Shown one piece after another: positions 1 to 9,944 of a stretch of DNA of 64,000 bases. Position 1 is the first letter of the stretch. Each line of letters opens with the position of its first letter. The translations under genes were made by a program, and so were the position numbers. Under the pieces are notes generated by a model, which was given only the letters and a program-made list of their open reading frames with translations, had not been told where the DNA came from and did not search any database. The stretch comes from an uncultured Chitinophagales bacterium (GTDB lineage: Bacteria > Bacteroidota > Bacteroidia > Chitinophagales > JADIYW01). The DNA is taken from the NCBI GenBank assembly GCA_964507125.1, contig CAZDOT010000002.1, forward strand, positions 14,863 to 78,862. Direction: 5' to 3'.

Positions 1-168
1 TAAGTTTTTATCTTTTATTGAAAAATGAAGTGTTATAGAATCTGCAATATAAAATGAATCGGTAGAAAGTGGAGATAATAGCGTAACTGTTGGTGCACTA
101 GTTTCATTTTTTTTGCACGCCATAAACAGCAAAAGTAGAAAGGCGAAAATGGGAAAGATACTTTTCAT
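1..168 (-). CDS. lipoprotein, N-terminal fragment (gene runs off the window start)
   Basis: ATG at 168-166 on the minus strand. Hand translation MKSIFPIFAFLLLLFMACKKNETSAPTVTLLSPLSTDSFY... shows a signal peptide plus lipobox (LFMAC). The frame stays open to position 1. Too short for the ORF track. Confidence 0.5.
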   Translation of the reverse strand, partial: MKSIFPIFAFLLLLFMACKKNETSAPTVTLLSPLSTDSFYIADSITLHFSIKDKNL

Positions 169-209
169 AACACGTTCAAACTTACTCAAAAAAAAATTAA
201 CTTTAAAAT

Positions 210-779
210 ATGAATGAAAGTATAAACCCTTGGATTACGGTATCAAAAGAGATAGTATATGATAATAAATGGATTACGGTAACGCACGAAAATGTAATTG
301 CACCAACCGGAACAAAAGGAATATATGGAAAAGTACATTTAAAAAATTACGCTATCGGTATTATACCTGTTGATGCAGAAGGCAATACTTGGTTAGTCGG
401 TCAGTACCGTTATCCACTCCAAAAATACAGCTGGGAAATTCCGGAAGGTGGTGGCTTATTAGATGATGATATTTTAGCATCAGCACAAAGAGAATTAAAA
501 GAAGAAGTGGGATTGATTGCACAACAATGGACACCTTTAGCCCAAACACATACCTCCAACGCAGTAACAAATGAAACAGCCTTTTTATTCATTGCACAAG
601 ACTTGATATTGACAAAAAATGAGCCGGATGAAACGGAACAATTACAAATAAAAAAATTACCTTTAATGTCCGCCATAGAAATGGCAATGAATGGAGAAAT
701 CGAAGATGCGATGTCTATTATTGCCTTGCTAAAAATAAAATTATGGATGGATGAAGGAAAATGGAATTGGAAAAAATAA
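210..779 (+). CDS. NUDIX hydrolase (ADP-ribose pyrophosphatase-like)
   Basis: Nudix box GGGLLDDDILASAQRELKEEVGL (GX5EX7REUXEEXGU); ATG start, TAA stop. Confidence 0.85.
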   Translation: MNESINPWITVSKEIVYDNKWITVTHENVIAPTGTKGIYGKVHLKNYAIGIIPVDAEGNTWLVGQYRYPLQKYSWEIPEGGGLLDDDILASAQRELKEEVGLIAQQWTPLAQTHTSNAVTNETAFLFIAQDLILTKNEPDETEQLQIKKLPLMSAIEMAMNGEIEDAMSIIALLKIKLWMDEGKWNWKK

Positions 780-795
780 AACCATATAAAACATT

Positions 796-1278
796 ATGAC
801 ACAACAAACATACACTACATCCTATACTGCTTATGCATCGGTACAAGAAATGCCGGAACACTATCAAACATTAATAGAACAAGCCAAAATAGCTACGAAT
901 GACAGTCATGCACCGTATTCCAATTTTAAAGTAGGTGCTGCCATTTTACTCAACAATGGAACAGTCATAAAAGGTAGCAACCAAGAAAATGCATCGTATC
1001 CTATTGGTTTCTGTGCAGAACGCACTGCATTAAGTGCTGCGGCATCTTTAGCATCACACGAAAAAATAAAAGCGATTGCCATCACGGCTAAATCAGCAAA
1101 TAATCCAGTTTTAAAACCGGCTGCACCGTGTGGTATTTGCCGTCAATGTATTTTTGAAGCCGAGAACAAACATCATCAAGATATTGAAGTTATCTTAACC
1201 GGAGAAAGTGGTGAAGTATTTATTTTTAAATCCATCAAAGATTTATTGCCATTGCACTTTGATGCGAATTTCTTATAA
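796..1278 (+). CDS. cdd: cytidine deaminase
   Basis: Zinc-binding motifs CAERTAL and PCGICRQ; typical size of about 160 aa. Confidence 0.9.
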   Translation: MTQQTYTTSYTAYASVQEMPEHYQTLIEQAKIATNDSHAPYSNFKVGAAILLNNGTVIKGSNQENASYPIGFCAERTALSAAASLASHEKIKAIAITAKSANNPVLKPAAPCGICRQCIFEAENKHHQDIEVILTGESGEVFIFKSIKDLLPLHFDANFL

Positions 1279-1282
1279 AAAA

Positions 1283-1305
1283 AAGGCTCTACATCATAGA
1301 GCCTT
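1283..1305 (-). terminator. stem-loop terminator between convergent cdd and the OMP gene
   Basis: aaggctcta-catca-tagagcctt gives a 9-bp stem. The A-run on the plus side at 1275-1282 becomes a U-tract after the stem on the minus strand. Confidence 0.6.
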
Positions 1306-1331
1306 CCAAAAAAAATATTTCTTTTTGTATA

Positions 1332-1916
1332 CTAGAACTTAAATGCCAAACCAATTTTAGCATACGAGCCTTCACAATAACCAGCTTCTAAGTTGGCACC
1401 AATATGCTCTACAAAATAGTATGTCATACCAATACCGGAACCAACGATAGCACCACCTTTAAATTTCTGATAATCCGGCAAATTGGAGCCTTTACTTTTT
1501 AAACGAAAACCACCACCAATAGAAAGTGGAATATACACATCCATTTTATCTGCATCCAATTTTGTATTTCCTTTTTCAGAAATCAATTGATACAAATGAA
1601 ATACACCACGCATACCAATTCCAAAATGACGATATTTAAAATTAAAAAGATAATCGCTGGAATCTGCTTTGCTATATGATCTTCCGGAAAACGTAAACCA
1701 TCCACCAATACTAAAATATGGGCTTGCAGCATAATCCATATTTAAGGTTACACCCGGAATAAATCCAAGTCCTTTCAAGGAATATGTAGGAATGAAACTA
1801 TGATGTCCTAAATTTGTTGTAACGGTAGCGTGAAAATCACCTTTTTCTACAGCGGATGCATTATTTATTTGCACAACAAAAAACAAGATAAAAATAGATT
1901 GAATTATTTTTTTCAT
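1332..1916 (-). CDS. small outer-membrane beta-barrel protein
   Basis: Signal peptide MKKIIQSIFILFFVVQINNASA from the internal ATG at 1916. Alternating aromatic/Gly beta-strand pattern and C-terminal F (GLAFKF). TAG stop. Confidence 0.7.
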   Translation of the reverse strand: MKKIIQSIFILFFVVQINNASAVEKGDFHATVTTNLGHHSFIPTYSLKGLGFIPGVTLNMDYAASPYFSIGGWFTFSGRSYSKADSSDYLFNFKYRHFGIGMRGVFHLYQLISEKGNTKLDADKMDVYIPLSIGGGFRLKSKGSNLPDYQKFKGGAIVGSGIGMTYYFVEHIGANLEAGYCEGSYAKIGLAFKF

Positions 1917-1948
1917 AAGTGTAATTTTTAATTGATACAGCAAAAGTA

Positions 1949-4045
1949 TTAAATATTTCCATTGTATTTACGAATAAACCATTCACATATCAACAAAAAT
2001 GCAATCAGAAAGAACCACCATTTTTTATCCATCAAAGGCTCTGTACTAAAGGTATCAAACAGAATTGTTTTTATATGATTGTTTTTTTCAATGTCATCCG
2101 ATATGGAAGCCATGTTTTTGGGAAAATAAAATTGTCCGCCACTTTGTGTTGCCATTATCTGCAGTAATTGATGATTGGCTTGTGTATTCAATAATTCCAC
2201 GACAACATCACGCACTGAGAAATTACATATTGCAGTATTGGCTTTTCCTTTATAATTGGCTTTTGCATGAACCGTATAATTTCCTGCCGGTAACAAACCT
2301 GCATTTAATGAATAGGCATTCATTGTTTTATCAAAAGTAAACGAAAACGATTTTCCTTCATCATTTTTTACCACGCAAGAAGCATCTACATCATTCACTA
2401 ATTCAAAACTTTCATTATACAATTCGGCATCAATTTGTATCGCTTCATTTGAATTAAATAAACTTTTAGATGTATGCACTTTAAATCGTCGCTTATCTCC
2501 TTTTACGGTGAGGTATTGCACAATTTTTTGAATAAGTTCATCCGTAGCCGTTGTATTTTTATTTTGTGCAAATTCGTGCATACGCCAACGCCAAATTCCT
2601 TCGCCTACAATAATGCCATTTTTTTTGCCATTGATTTCTTGAAAAAGAATACATGGATTTTGTGTTGGAATACTTCCTATTTGTTGGTTAAATAAAATTT
2701 CTGTGGTAGATGCACTTTGATATTTTCCAAATGGTGCTAACAATGGCGGTAAATCTTGAATCGTTTTTAAGCTAGTTTCTGAAAGCGTAAATTTTGAGAA
2801 TGAAGGCAAATAAATTGGAAATACATCATTACCATTTTGCGATGAACCAACTATTTTCAACACAGATTGTAAACTATTCCATTGTTGCAAATTTACATTT
2901 GATGACAATACCCATAAAATAGGCACTTGTGCTGCTACAAAAGCTTGGATTTTGGATAAAGCAGCAATAGCTGAATTGGAAGGCAAGCCGTGTAAAATAA
3001 GTAAACCTACATCGTTTATATTGCCGGAAAATTGCTTGCAATCGTATTGTTCAAATTGGTAATTTTTATTTTGTTCAATGGCATTTTTAAATGCTTTTAT
3101 GTCAGGATGTGGTGCATCATATAACATCACAATTTTTTGTCTGCCATCTATCACATCAACAAATGCAACATCCGAATTATTTTCAAGAATGGTTTCACCG
3201 TTAATTTTTTGTAGATGAATTTTGAATGGTAAAATGCCGGGTTTATCTGCATTACAAATAACATCCGTTTGATAAAAAAATCTATCATCATCTATTGTAA
3301 TACTTTTTTGCAAAATAGATTTCCCATTGGCATCCGTAACCATCAACTGTGTTTGAGTACCTTTTAATTTATTGGCTTCTATTTGTATTTGCATCGAAAA
3401 TTTATCGCCTAAATACACTAATTCCGGAAAACGAACACTCTTAATAAGTGCATCTTTTTTTATGGTCGTATCGCCTAATGCAATAGTATAAAACGGCACA
3501 TTTTTTATATACTTATTATACAAAGGCGAAATACCTTGATTAAAAATTCCATCGGAAGCTAAAACAATAGCACCAATATTTTGCGAACCATGTCGCATAT
3601 ATACTTCATCAATGGCTGCTGAAATATCGGTTTGCTTTTCCGAAAAATCGAGATTATTTTTTTCCTTTAATGTGGCTCCAAAATTATAATGCAATACCTC
3701 AAAATGCGATTGCAAAGATTGTTCTAATGCGGTAAGTTGAGCTGTATATTTTTCTTTAGGTAAATTTCCAAACGATGCTTGAAGCGACGCAGAATTATCT
3801 TGCAATACAACAATAACGGGCTTTTCTTCTTCTGTTTTTTTTGTTTTTATTAATAAAGATAAAAGCAAAAAAGCAATCATAGAAGTAGATAAAAAACGCA
3901 TTATTGCTAAGCCATATTTCCAAGCTTTATTTTCATTTTCCGAAAAAACATAGGCTTTTCTTCCATATAAAATATATGTGTAAACAGCACCAATTATTAT
4001 GCAAAACAAAACGAACCACCAAGGATAACCTAAAATAAATGACAT
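1949..4045 (-). CDS. membrane protein with BatA-like N-terminal double-TM segment and vWA-like domain
   Basis: N-terminus MSFILGYPWWFVLF... contains two TM helices. MIDAS-like DNSAS (DxSxS) followed by LASDGIFNQG. C-terminal TM anchor WWFFLIAFLLICEWF. Start taken at ATG 4045; the track starts at 4081. Confidence 0.7.
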   Translation of the reverse strand: MSFILGYPWWFVLFCIIIGAVYTYILYGRKAYVFSENENKAWKYGLAIMRFLSTSMIAFLLLSLLIKTKKTEEEKPVIVVLQDNSASLQASFGNLPKEKYTAQLTALEQSLQSHFEVLHYNFGATLKEKNNLDFSEKQTDISAAIDEVYMRHGSQNIGAIVLASDGIFNQGISPLYNKYIKNVPFYTIALGDTTIKKDALIKSVRFPELVYLGDKFSMQIQIEANKLKGTQTQLMVTDANGKSILQKSITIDDDRFFYQTDVICNADKPGILPFKIHLQKINGETILENNSDVAFVDVIDGRQKIVMLYDAPHPDIKAFKNAIEQNKNYQFEQYDCKQFSGNINDVGLLILHGLPSNSAIAALSKIQAFVAAQVPILWVLSSNVNLQQWNSLQSVLKIVGSSQNGNDVFPIYLPSFSKFTLSETSLKTIQDLPPLLAPFGKYQSASTTEILFNQQIGSIPTQNPCILFQEINGKKNGIIVGEGIWRWRMHEFAQNKNTTATDELIQKIVQYLTVKGDKRRFKVHTSKSLFNSNEAIQIDAELYNESFELVNDVDASCVVKNDEGKSFSFTFDKTMNAYSLNAGLLPAGNYTVHAKANYKGKANTAICNFSVRDVVVELLNTQANHQLLQIMATQSGGQFYFPKNMASISDDIEKNNHIKTILFDTFSTEPLMDKKWWFFLIAFLLICEWFIRKYNGNI

Positions 4046-4160
4046 ATATCGGAATGAAAATACGAATGCAATAACGTGCAATTATATCTATACAATTATC
4101 TTACTTTTTTGGGAATAATACAAATACGAGTTGTTATAAAACATCAACATACAATAAAAA

Positions 4161-4183
4161 AAGGCAACTCTAAAAGTTGCCTT
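4161..4183 (-). terminator. rho-independent terminator after sucD
   Basis: aaggcaact / agttgcctt gives a 9-bp stem with a 5-nt loop. The A-run at 4155-4160 is a U-tract on the minus strand. Confidence 0.65.
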
Positions 4184-4204
4184 TATAAATAGTCTATTCA
4201 AAGT

Positions 4205-5077
4205 TTATTTAGATAATACTTCTGCTACTGTTTTACCGATAAATGCCGGAGAATCTACGACATGAATGCCGCATTCTTTCATTACTTTCATTTTTGCAGC
4301 TGCCGTATCATCGGCACCACCCACAATAGCTCCTGCATGTCCCATACGTCTGCCTTTCGGTGCGGTTTGTCCTGCAATGAAACCAATTACCGGTTTTTTC
4401 ATATTGTCTTTAATCCAACGTGCTGCATCGGTTTCCATGCTTCCACCAATTTCACCTATCATTACAATGGCATCAGTTTCTGCATCATTCATAAACATTT
4501 CAACAGCTTCTTTGGTAGACGTTCCGATGATTGGGTCGCCACCAATTCCAATTGCCGTTGAAATTCCAAATCCGGCTTTCACTACTTGGTCTGCTGCTTC
4601 ATACGTTAGTGTACCTGATTTAGAAACAATACCCACACGGCCTTTTTTGAAAACGAAACCCGGCATGATGCCAATCTTTGCTTCATCTGCCGTAATAATT
4701 CCCGGACAGTTTGGCCCTATCATTCTTGCACCTTTTGCAGTAACATATTTTTTGGCTTTAATCATGTCTTGCACCGGAATACCTTCTGTAATTGTAACAA
4801 TTACTTGGATGCCGGCATCAGCAGCTTCCATGATAGCATCAGCGGCAAATGCCGGTGGCACAAAAATAATAGATACGTTTGCACCGGTTGCTTTTACAGC
4901 GTTTTGCACTGTATTAAAAACAGGCTTATCTAAGTGTGTAGAACCTTCTTTTCCGGGCGTTACACCACCAACAACGTTGGTGCCATATTCAATCATTTGT
5001 GTTGCATGGAAAGTACCTTCTTTTCCGGTAAATCCTTGCACGATTACTTTCGAATCTTTATTTACTAAAATACTCAT
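4205..5077 (-). CDS. sucD: succinate--CoA ligase subunit alpha
   Basis: [10 protein letters not shown] and phosphohistidine loop [10 protein letters not shown]; full-length 290 aa. Confidence 0.95.
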   Translation of the reverse strand: MSILVNKDSKVIVQGFTGKEGTFHATQMIEYGTNVVGGVTPGKEGSTHLDKPVFNTVQNAVKATGANVSIIFVPPAFAADAIMEAADAGIQVIVTITEGIPVQDMIKAKKYVTAKGARMIGPNCPGIITADEAKIGIMPGFVFKKGRVGIVSKSGTLTYEAADQVVKAGFGISTAIGIGGDPIIGTSTKEAVEMFMNDAETDAIVMIGEIGGSMETDAARWIKDNMKKPVIGFIAGQTAPKGRRMGHAGAIVGGADDTAAAKMKVMKECGIHVVDSPAFIGKTVAEVLSK

Positions 5078-5085
5078 ACTCGTTA

Positions 5086-5862
5086 TTAAACTTTATTTTT
5101 TAATTTATTGAAACGTGCATCTCTGGCTTCTTTTAAGAAATCAGAGGCGAAGATAAAATCTATTAATTCTTTATTATCAGATTCAAACAAGGAATACTTA
5201 TCGCCTTCCCAATGTTTATTACCTTCGTGTAAGAAAATAATTTTATCGCCATTGGCAATTACACTATTCATATCGTGTGTATTGGTGATAGTGGTGATAT
5301 TATATTCTTGTGTAATTTCCATAATTAACTCATCTACCACAATCGATGTTTGTGGGTCTAAGCCGGAATTGGGTTCATCGCAAAAAAGATATTTTGGATT
5401 CATAACTATGGCTCTGGCAATACCGGTACGTTTTTGCATACCACCGGAAATTTGAGATGGAAATTTATGGTTGGCATTTACTAAGTTTACGCGTTTTAAA
5501 ACTTCGTTTACTCTATCTCTTTTTTCGGATAACGACATGTGCGTAAACATATCTAATGGGAAACGAACGTTTTGTTCAACCGTTAAAGAATCAAACAAAG
5601 CACCTCCTTGGAACAACATTCCCAATTCTCTGCGTATTTCATTTTTTTGGTCGATGTTCATCGCTACATAATCTTTCTCATCAAATAAAACATGACCATC
5701 TGTTGGCGTTAATAAACCAACGATGCATTTAAGTAAAACTGTTTTTCCGGAACCACTCTTACCGATTATCAGGTTGTTTTTACCTGTTTCAAAAAGCGCA
5801 GAAACGCCTTTTAATACTTCTTGAGTACCAAATACTTTCCTGACGTCTTTTACTTCAATCAT
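5086..5862 (-). CDS. mlaF: ABC transporter ATP-binding protein, MlaF-like
   Basis: Walker A GKSGSGKT, signature ISGGMQKR, Walker B LFCDEP. Directly downstream of an MlaE-type permease. Confidence 0.75.
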   Translation of the reverse strand: MIEVKDVRKVFGTQEVLKGVSALFETGKNNLIIGKSGSGKTVLLKCIVGLLTPTDGHVLFDEKDYVAMNIDQKNEIRRELGMLFQGGALFDSLTVEQNVRFPLDMFTHMSLSEKRDRVNEVLKRVNLVNANHKFPSQISGGMQKRTGIARAIVMNPKYLFCDEPNSGLDPQTSIVVDELIMEITQEYNITTITNTHDMNSVIANGDKIIFLHEGNKHWEGDKYSLFESDNKELIDFIFASDFLKEARDARFNKLKNKV

Positions 5863-5889
5863 ATTCGTTTTATTTTAGCTAAACAGTTT

Positions 5890-6654
5890 TTATCTCAACA
5901 ACAACCAAGTTAAAATTAAATCGGAAAATAATACCATTACACAACTTAATACTACGGCACGTGTACTTGCTTTTCCTATTTCAATGGCACTTCCGTGTGC
6001 ATAAAATCCTTGATAGCAAGAAACGGAAGTTAATACAAAACCAAACACCACCGATTTCACCATCATCACAAAAATATTATATGCTTTAAAGCTCATTAAT
6101 ACACCTTGTAAATAATCAGCACCGGAAACATAACCTGACATAGAACCAGCTAACAAACCTCCCCAAATTCCCGTTATAGCAGAAATTACTACCAATAATG
6201 GAATCATGGTGACTGATGCTGCTAATTTTGGTCCGATTAAATAAGAAATCGTATTCACGCCCATAATTTCCAATGCATCTATTTGCTCGGTGAGTCGCAT
6301 TGTGCCTAATTCTGACGCTAAATTAGAACCTATTTTTCCGCCTAAAATTAGACAAGAAACAGTAGGTGCCAATTCCAAAATCATGGATTCTTTCACAACG
6401 AAACCAACGTAATACATCGGCACCATAGATTGAGATAAATTATAAGCAAATTGCACTGCAGAAACCGCACCAATAAAAAAGGAAATTAATAAGATAATAA
6501 CGACTGAACCGACACCAATATTACTCATTTGCACGAGCGTTTCTTTCCAATACATTGCTGCTCTTTCGGGCTTGGCAAAAGAGCGTTTTATCATCAATAC
6601 ATATCTTCCGATATGAAATAAAGGGCCGCCGGATGCGTGTACGTATTCTGCCAT
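5890..6654 (-). CDS. mlaE: ABC transporter permease, MlaE family
   Basis: 254-aa polytopic protein with the MlaE/Ttg2B-like core (ELAPTVSCLILGGKIGSNLASELGTMRLTEQIDALEIMG). Confidence 0.8.
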   Translation of the reverse strand: MAEYVHASGGPLFHIGRYVLMIKRSFAKPERAAMYWKETLVQMSNIGVGSVVIILLISFFIGAVSAVQFAYNLSQSMVPMYYVGFVVKESMILELAPTVSCLILGGKIGSNLASELGTMRLTEQIDALEIMGVNTISYLIGPKLAASVTMIPLLVVISAITGIWGGLLAGSMSGYVSGADYLQGVLMSFKAYNIFVMMVKSVVFGFVLTSVSCYQGFYAHGSAIEIGKASTRAVVLSCVMVLFSDLILTWLLLR

Positions 6655-6698
6655 AATTTTTAAAAGTATGTAAAATTAGGTTATTTTTAGAGATTAGC

Positions 6699-6706
6699 CA
6701 AACGTA
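6699..6706 (-). promoter_or_regulatory. candidate Bacteroidota -7 box (TACGTTTG) upstream of mlaE
   Basis: Exact TAnnTTTG match on the minus strand about 45 nt upstream of the mlaE ATG. No clear -33 TTG. Confidence 0.25.
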
Positions 6707-6740
6707 TTAGATAAAAGCGAAAAATTTATACATTTACATC

Positions 6741-7424
6741 ATGAATATTGTTATTACAGGGGCAAGCAGAGGCATTGGAAAAGCTATTGCCGAAAAATTT
6801 CTGCAAGTAAATCATCGCGTTATCATTTGCTCCAGAGATAGTGCAAAATTAGAGGCACTCCGACAAACCTATCCTTCTTTAATAACCTTTGTTTGTGATG
6901 TATCAGACAAGCATTCGATAGCACAGTTCGGCGATTTTGTGCTGCAAACATTCGAACAGATAGACGTATTAATAAATAATGCCGGCATTTTTATTCCGGG
7001 AAAATTAACGGAAGAAAATGATGAGGTTTTAGAAGACACGTTACGAACTAATTTATTGAGTGCCTATTATCTTACAAAAAAGTTGAGCCCACGAATGAAA
7101 GCCCAACAACATGGTTTTATCATTAATATGTGCTCCGTAGCAAGCATTAAAGCATATGAAAATGGTGGAAGTTATGCTATTTCTAAATTTGCACTTTTAG
7201 GTTTTTCTAAAACCTTGCGCGAAGAATTAAAACCGTATAACATAAAAGTTACTTCTATTTTGCCTGGTGCCACGCTTACTGACTCTTGGGCTGGTGTTGA
7301 CTTACCGGAAACACGTTTTAGCACGCCGGAAGATATTGCACTTTTGGTGTATACAATTACACAAATTTCACCATTCTCTGTAGTGGAAGAAATATTGATA
7401 CGACCACAATTAGGTGATATTTAA
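6741..7424 (+). CDS. short-chain dehydrogenase/reductase (SDR)
   Basis: TGASRGIG cofactor motif, NNAG, catalytic SYAISK (YxxxK). Confidence 0.85.
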   Translation: MNIVITGASRGIGKAIAEKFLQVNHRVIICSRDSAKLEALRQTYPSLITFVCDVSDKHSIAQFGDFVLQTFEQIDVLINNAGIFIPGKLTEENDEVLEDTLRTNLLSAYYLTKKLSPRMKAQQHGFIINMCSVASIKAYENGGSYAISKFALLGFSKTLREELKPYNIKVTSILPGATLTDSWAGVDLPETRFSTPEDIALLVYTITQISPFSVVEEILIRPQLGDI

Positions 7425-7687
7425 ATGGCATTTATGTTCTTATAGAATTGTGATATTTTAACCATGATGGACACAACGTCATTCCAGTGAAAACGGGAAT
7501 CTCACTTGTATTTAACCGCAAAGGAAACGAAGTTTTTACGCAAAGAACACAAAGTGATTCTCCGCTGTATCGGTTTGTGTCTTCACGAACCGAAATGTAT
7601 TGTTTCGTGAAGACATATATCATGTCTATTGATGAGATTTCCTTTTATAAGGAAATGACATTAATGTAAAACAAGTTTAGTTTATTA
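7425..7687. other. structured, GC-richer intergenic element between convergent SDR and aroB
   Basis: Three hairpins read directly: a 12-bp stem (7578-7589 / 7604-7615), a competing stem agacat/atgtct (7611-7627), and atttcctt-ttat-aaggaaat (7637-7656). Two TTTAACC motifs are also present. Confidence 0.5.
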
Positions 7688-8740
7688 TTACAGATTAATA
7701 TAATACTGTATGCTTTCTTTTACATCCGATTCTGTAATAGCAATATCGTATTTACAAGAGCCAATGCCATCTAATAATGCTGCCAGTATCGTTGCTCCTT
7801 CATTCTTTTTATCGATACGCATACTATCCATTAATTTATCAATCTCAAAAGCGGTGATATCTTTTTTAGGAAAATGTTGCAGTAATTTATGCTGTATTGC
7901 ATCTAAATCTTTTTCCGGCAATTTGCATTTTTTTACAGACAGATACGCTTCGCAAATCATACCAATTACAATTGCTTCGCCATGCAACAAACTGTCTGTT
8001 TCATTCTCTAACGAATAGGCTTCAATGGCATGTCCAATGGTATGACCGAAGTTCAATATTTTTCTCCAATTTTTTTCATACGGATCAGTTTCTACTACAT
8101 GTTTTTTTATCAATAACGAATGATACACGATTTCATTTATATCTGCATGAAGATTATTTAAAGTGCTATATTTTTCCCATTGTTGTTTATCTTGGATAAG
8201 TGCATGTTTAAAGATTTCAGCCCATCCATTTACAAACTGTCTTGGTGGTAAAGTATTAAAAAATGACGATGCAATAAATACGGCTTTTGGATTTTTAAAT
8301 AAACCGATTAAATTTTTTCCGTATTTAAAATCAATGCCTAATTTTCCGCCGATAGAAGAATCTACTTGTGATAGCAACGTGGTTGGTATATTGATAAAAT
8401 CAATACCGCGTTTATAACAACTTGCAGCAAAGCCACCCATATCGCCAATAACACCACCACCTAAATTGATAAACAACGCTTTTCTATCTGTATTAAATGA
8501 AATTAATTGTTGCCAAATTTCTTCGCATGTATCTATGTTTTTGTTTTGCTCACCACTTCGAGTTTCTATTACATTTGCTGTTGGAAGTATGGATTGTATT
8601 ATTGGCAAACAATGCACTTTCGTATTTTCATCTACCAATATATTTAAAGCAGAATAATTATTTTCTTGAATGAATTTCTTTAAGGCATCAAAATGTTCAT
8701 CTATAAAAATAGTATAATCTGTTAGTGCAATTGTTTTCAT
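7688..8740 (-). CDS. aroB: 3-dehydroquinate synthase
   Basis: GGGVIGDMGGF nucleotide loop and metal ligands GHTIGHAIE / HGEAI. Start taken at ATG 8740; the track starts at TTG 8752. Confidence 0.9.
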   Translation of the reverse strand: MKTIALTDYTIFIDEHFDALKKFIQENNYSALNILVDENTKVHCLPIIQSILPTANVIETRSGEQNKNIDTCEEIWQQLISFNTDRKALFINLGGGVIGDMGGFAASCYKRGIDFINIPTTLLSQVDSSIGGKLGIDFKYGKNLIGLFKNPKAVFIASSFFNTLPPRQFVNGWAEIFKHALIQDKQQWEKYSTLNNLHADINEIVYHSLLIKKHVVETDPYEKNWRKILNFGHTIGHAIEAYSLENETDSLLHGEAIVIGMICEAYLSVKKCKLPEKDLDAIQHKLLQHFPKKDITAFEIDKLMDSMRIDKKNEGATILAALLDGIGSCKYDIAITESDVKESIQYYINL

Positions 8741-8770
8741 TTCATTTTCCAATTAAAAAGAGGTGCAATA

Positions 8771-9067
8771 TCAAGGTAAATCCACAATTTTATCAAAGCT
8801 CCAAACTTCGGCTTTTGCACCAAACCAAGGTTTTACTGTTTTCCAAAATCCGGCAAAAAAAGTAGAGTATCTATACGTATCTAAATCTTGTTCGCTGTCC
8901 CAAATACTGTAGGTAAAGAAAATATTTGGTTGATGAATATCTTGCCAAGCTTGTAGCAAATTACATCCTTTTTGTGCTCTAATATCCTTACATACCGTAG
9001 CAAAATACGTTTTAAATGTAGTTGCTTCTTCTTCTTTCATGGTGAGTTTTACAATGCGTACTATCAT
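8771..9067 (-). CDS. antibiotic-biosynthesis-monooxygenase (ABM)-like small protein
   Basis: About 98 aa with a ferredoxin-like pattern (MIVRIVKLTMKEEE...FTYSIWDSEQDLDTYRYS). The ATG at 9067 avoids overlap with the upstream gene. TGA stop. Confidence 0.65.
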   Translation of the reverse strand: MIVRIVKLTMKEEEATTFKTYFATVCKDIRAQKGCNLLQAWQDIHQPNIFFTYSIWDSEQDLDTYRYSTFFAGFWKTVKPWFGAKAEVWSFDKIVDLP

Positions 9068-9083
9068 GCTATAACAATAATAA

Positions 9084-9851
9084 TTAAACAAATAAAATTT
9101 GAATTTGATCGCCTTTTGCTAATCCAAATAAACCGGCTGCATTGCCACAATTAATGCAAAGTTCTAAATAACCGGATGCATTAAAACGTGCTAATCCATA
9201 CGACTGCGGCACGTCGGTATAGTTTTCTACGATATGGTCAATAAAATCTGTCTTTCTATAATTAATGCGAATTTGTTTATCACCACTAAAACGTCTTACT
9301 TCTTCTTTTCTAATATTCGTAATTACATTTCCAAAATTATCAATATGGATAACATTTCCAATAATTTTATCTTCTTGAATAACCGGCATCAGCGCTTTTT
9401 TCTCTACATATTTAGAGGTGGCAACGCCAATGCCACCAATATTATGGTTGAACGTAATTTCTTTTACCACGCGACAATAATAATCTTCCAATGTATTTAG
9501 CTTTGCTTGCTTCATATCTACTTCCACTATTAAATCCGGTTTATCGTCAAAAACCATTGTCAACAATCCGTTGTCAGGTGCAATAAAATAGTGATTTTGA
9601 TATTTTGCTGCAATGATTTTTTGTTTTCCCAAACCTTGCTCATATACTCGTGCTATATGAATAGTGCCAACAGGAAAATGAGCATACACATTTTTAAGAA
9701 AGAATGCAGCTGTTACAATATCATACGGCGGAATGGCATGCGATATATCCACTATTTTGGCGGAAGGGCTGGACGTATACAAATCGCCTTTAAATAAACC
9801 CACATAATAGTCTTTATCTCCAAAATCTGTTAATAACGTTATAACCGCCAT
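9084..9851 (-). CDS. SAM hydroxide adenosyltransferase family protein (DUF62, chlorinase/fluorinase-like)
   Basis: N-terminus MAVITLLTDFGDKDYYVGLFKG and overall length typical of the family. Confidence 0.8.
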   Translation of the reverse strand: MAVITLLTDFGDKDYYVGLFKGDLYTSSPSAKIVDISHAIPPYDIVTAAFFLKNVYAHFPVGTIHIARVYEQGLGKQKIIAAKYQNHYFIAPDNGLLTMVFDDKPDLIVEVDMKQAKLNTLEDYYCRVVKEITFNHNIGGIGVATSKYVEKKALMPVIQEDKIIGNVIHIDNFGNVITNIRKEEVRRFSGDKQIRINYRKTDFIDHIVENYTDVPQSYGLARFNASGYLELCINCGNAAGLFGLAKGDQIQILFV

Positions 9852-9944
9852 TTAAAAATTTATATTATTTTCAATATTGATAAGAAAAAGGATGGATGAA
9901 AGTAAACATCATCCGATATATTAAAAAACAAAAATAGTAAATAA

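Noticed and set aside
4266-5111. 281-aa ORF on the plus strand, antisense to sucD.
   Set aside because: It lies entirely inside a strongly conserved gene on the other strand. The translation is low-complexity (P/A/S/I-rich) with no motif. This is a typical antisense shadow ORF.
7432-7669. Two overlapping 60-63-aa ORFs (7432-7623 minus, 7487-7669 plus) in the SDR-aroB intergenic region.
   Set aside because: They overlap each other on opposite strands, run through strong hairpins, and have no recognisable protein features (for example SLCVLCVK). The region is better explained as a structured non-coding or repeat element.
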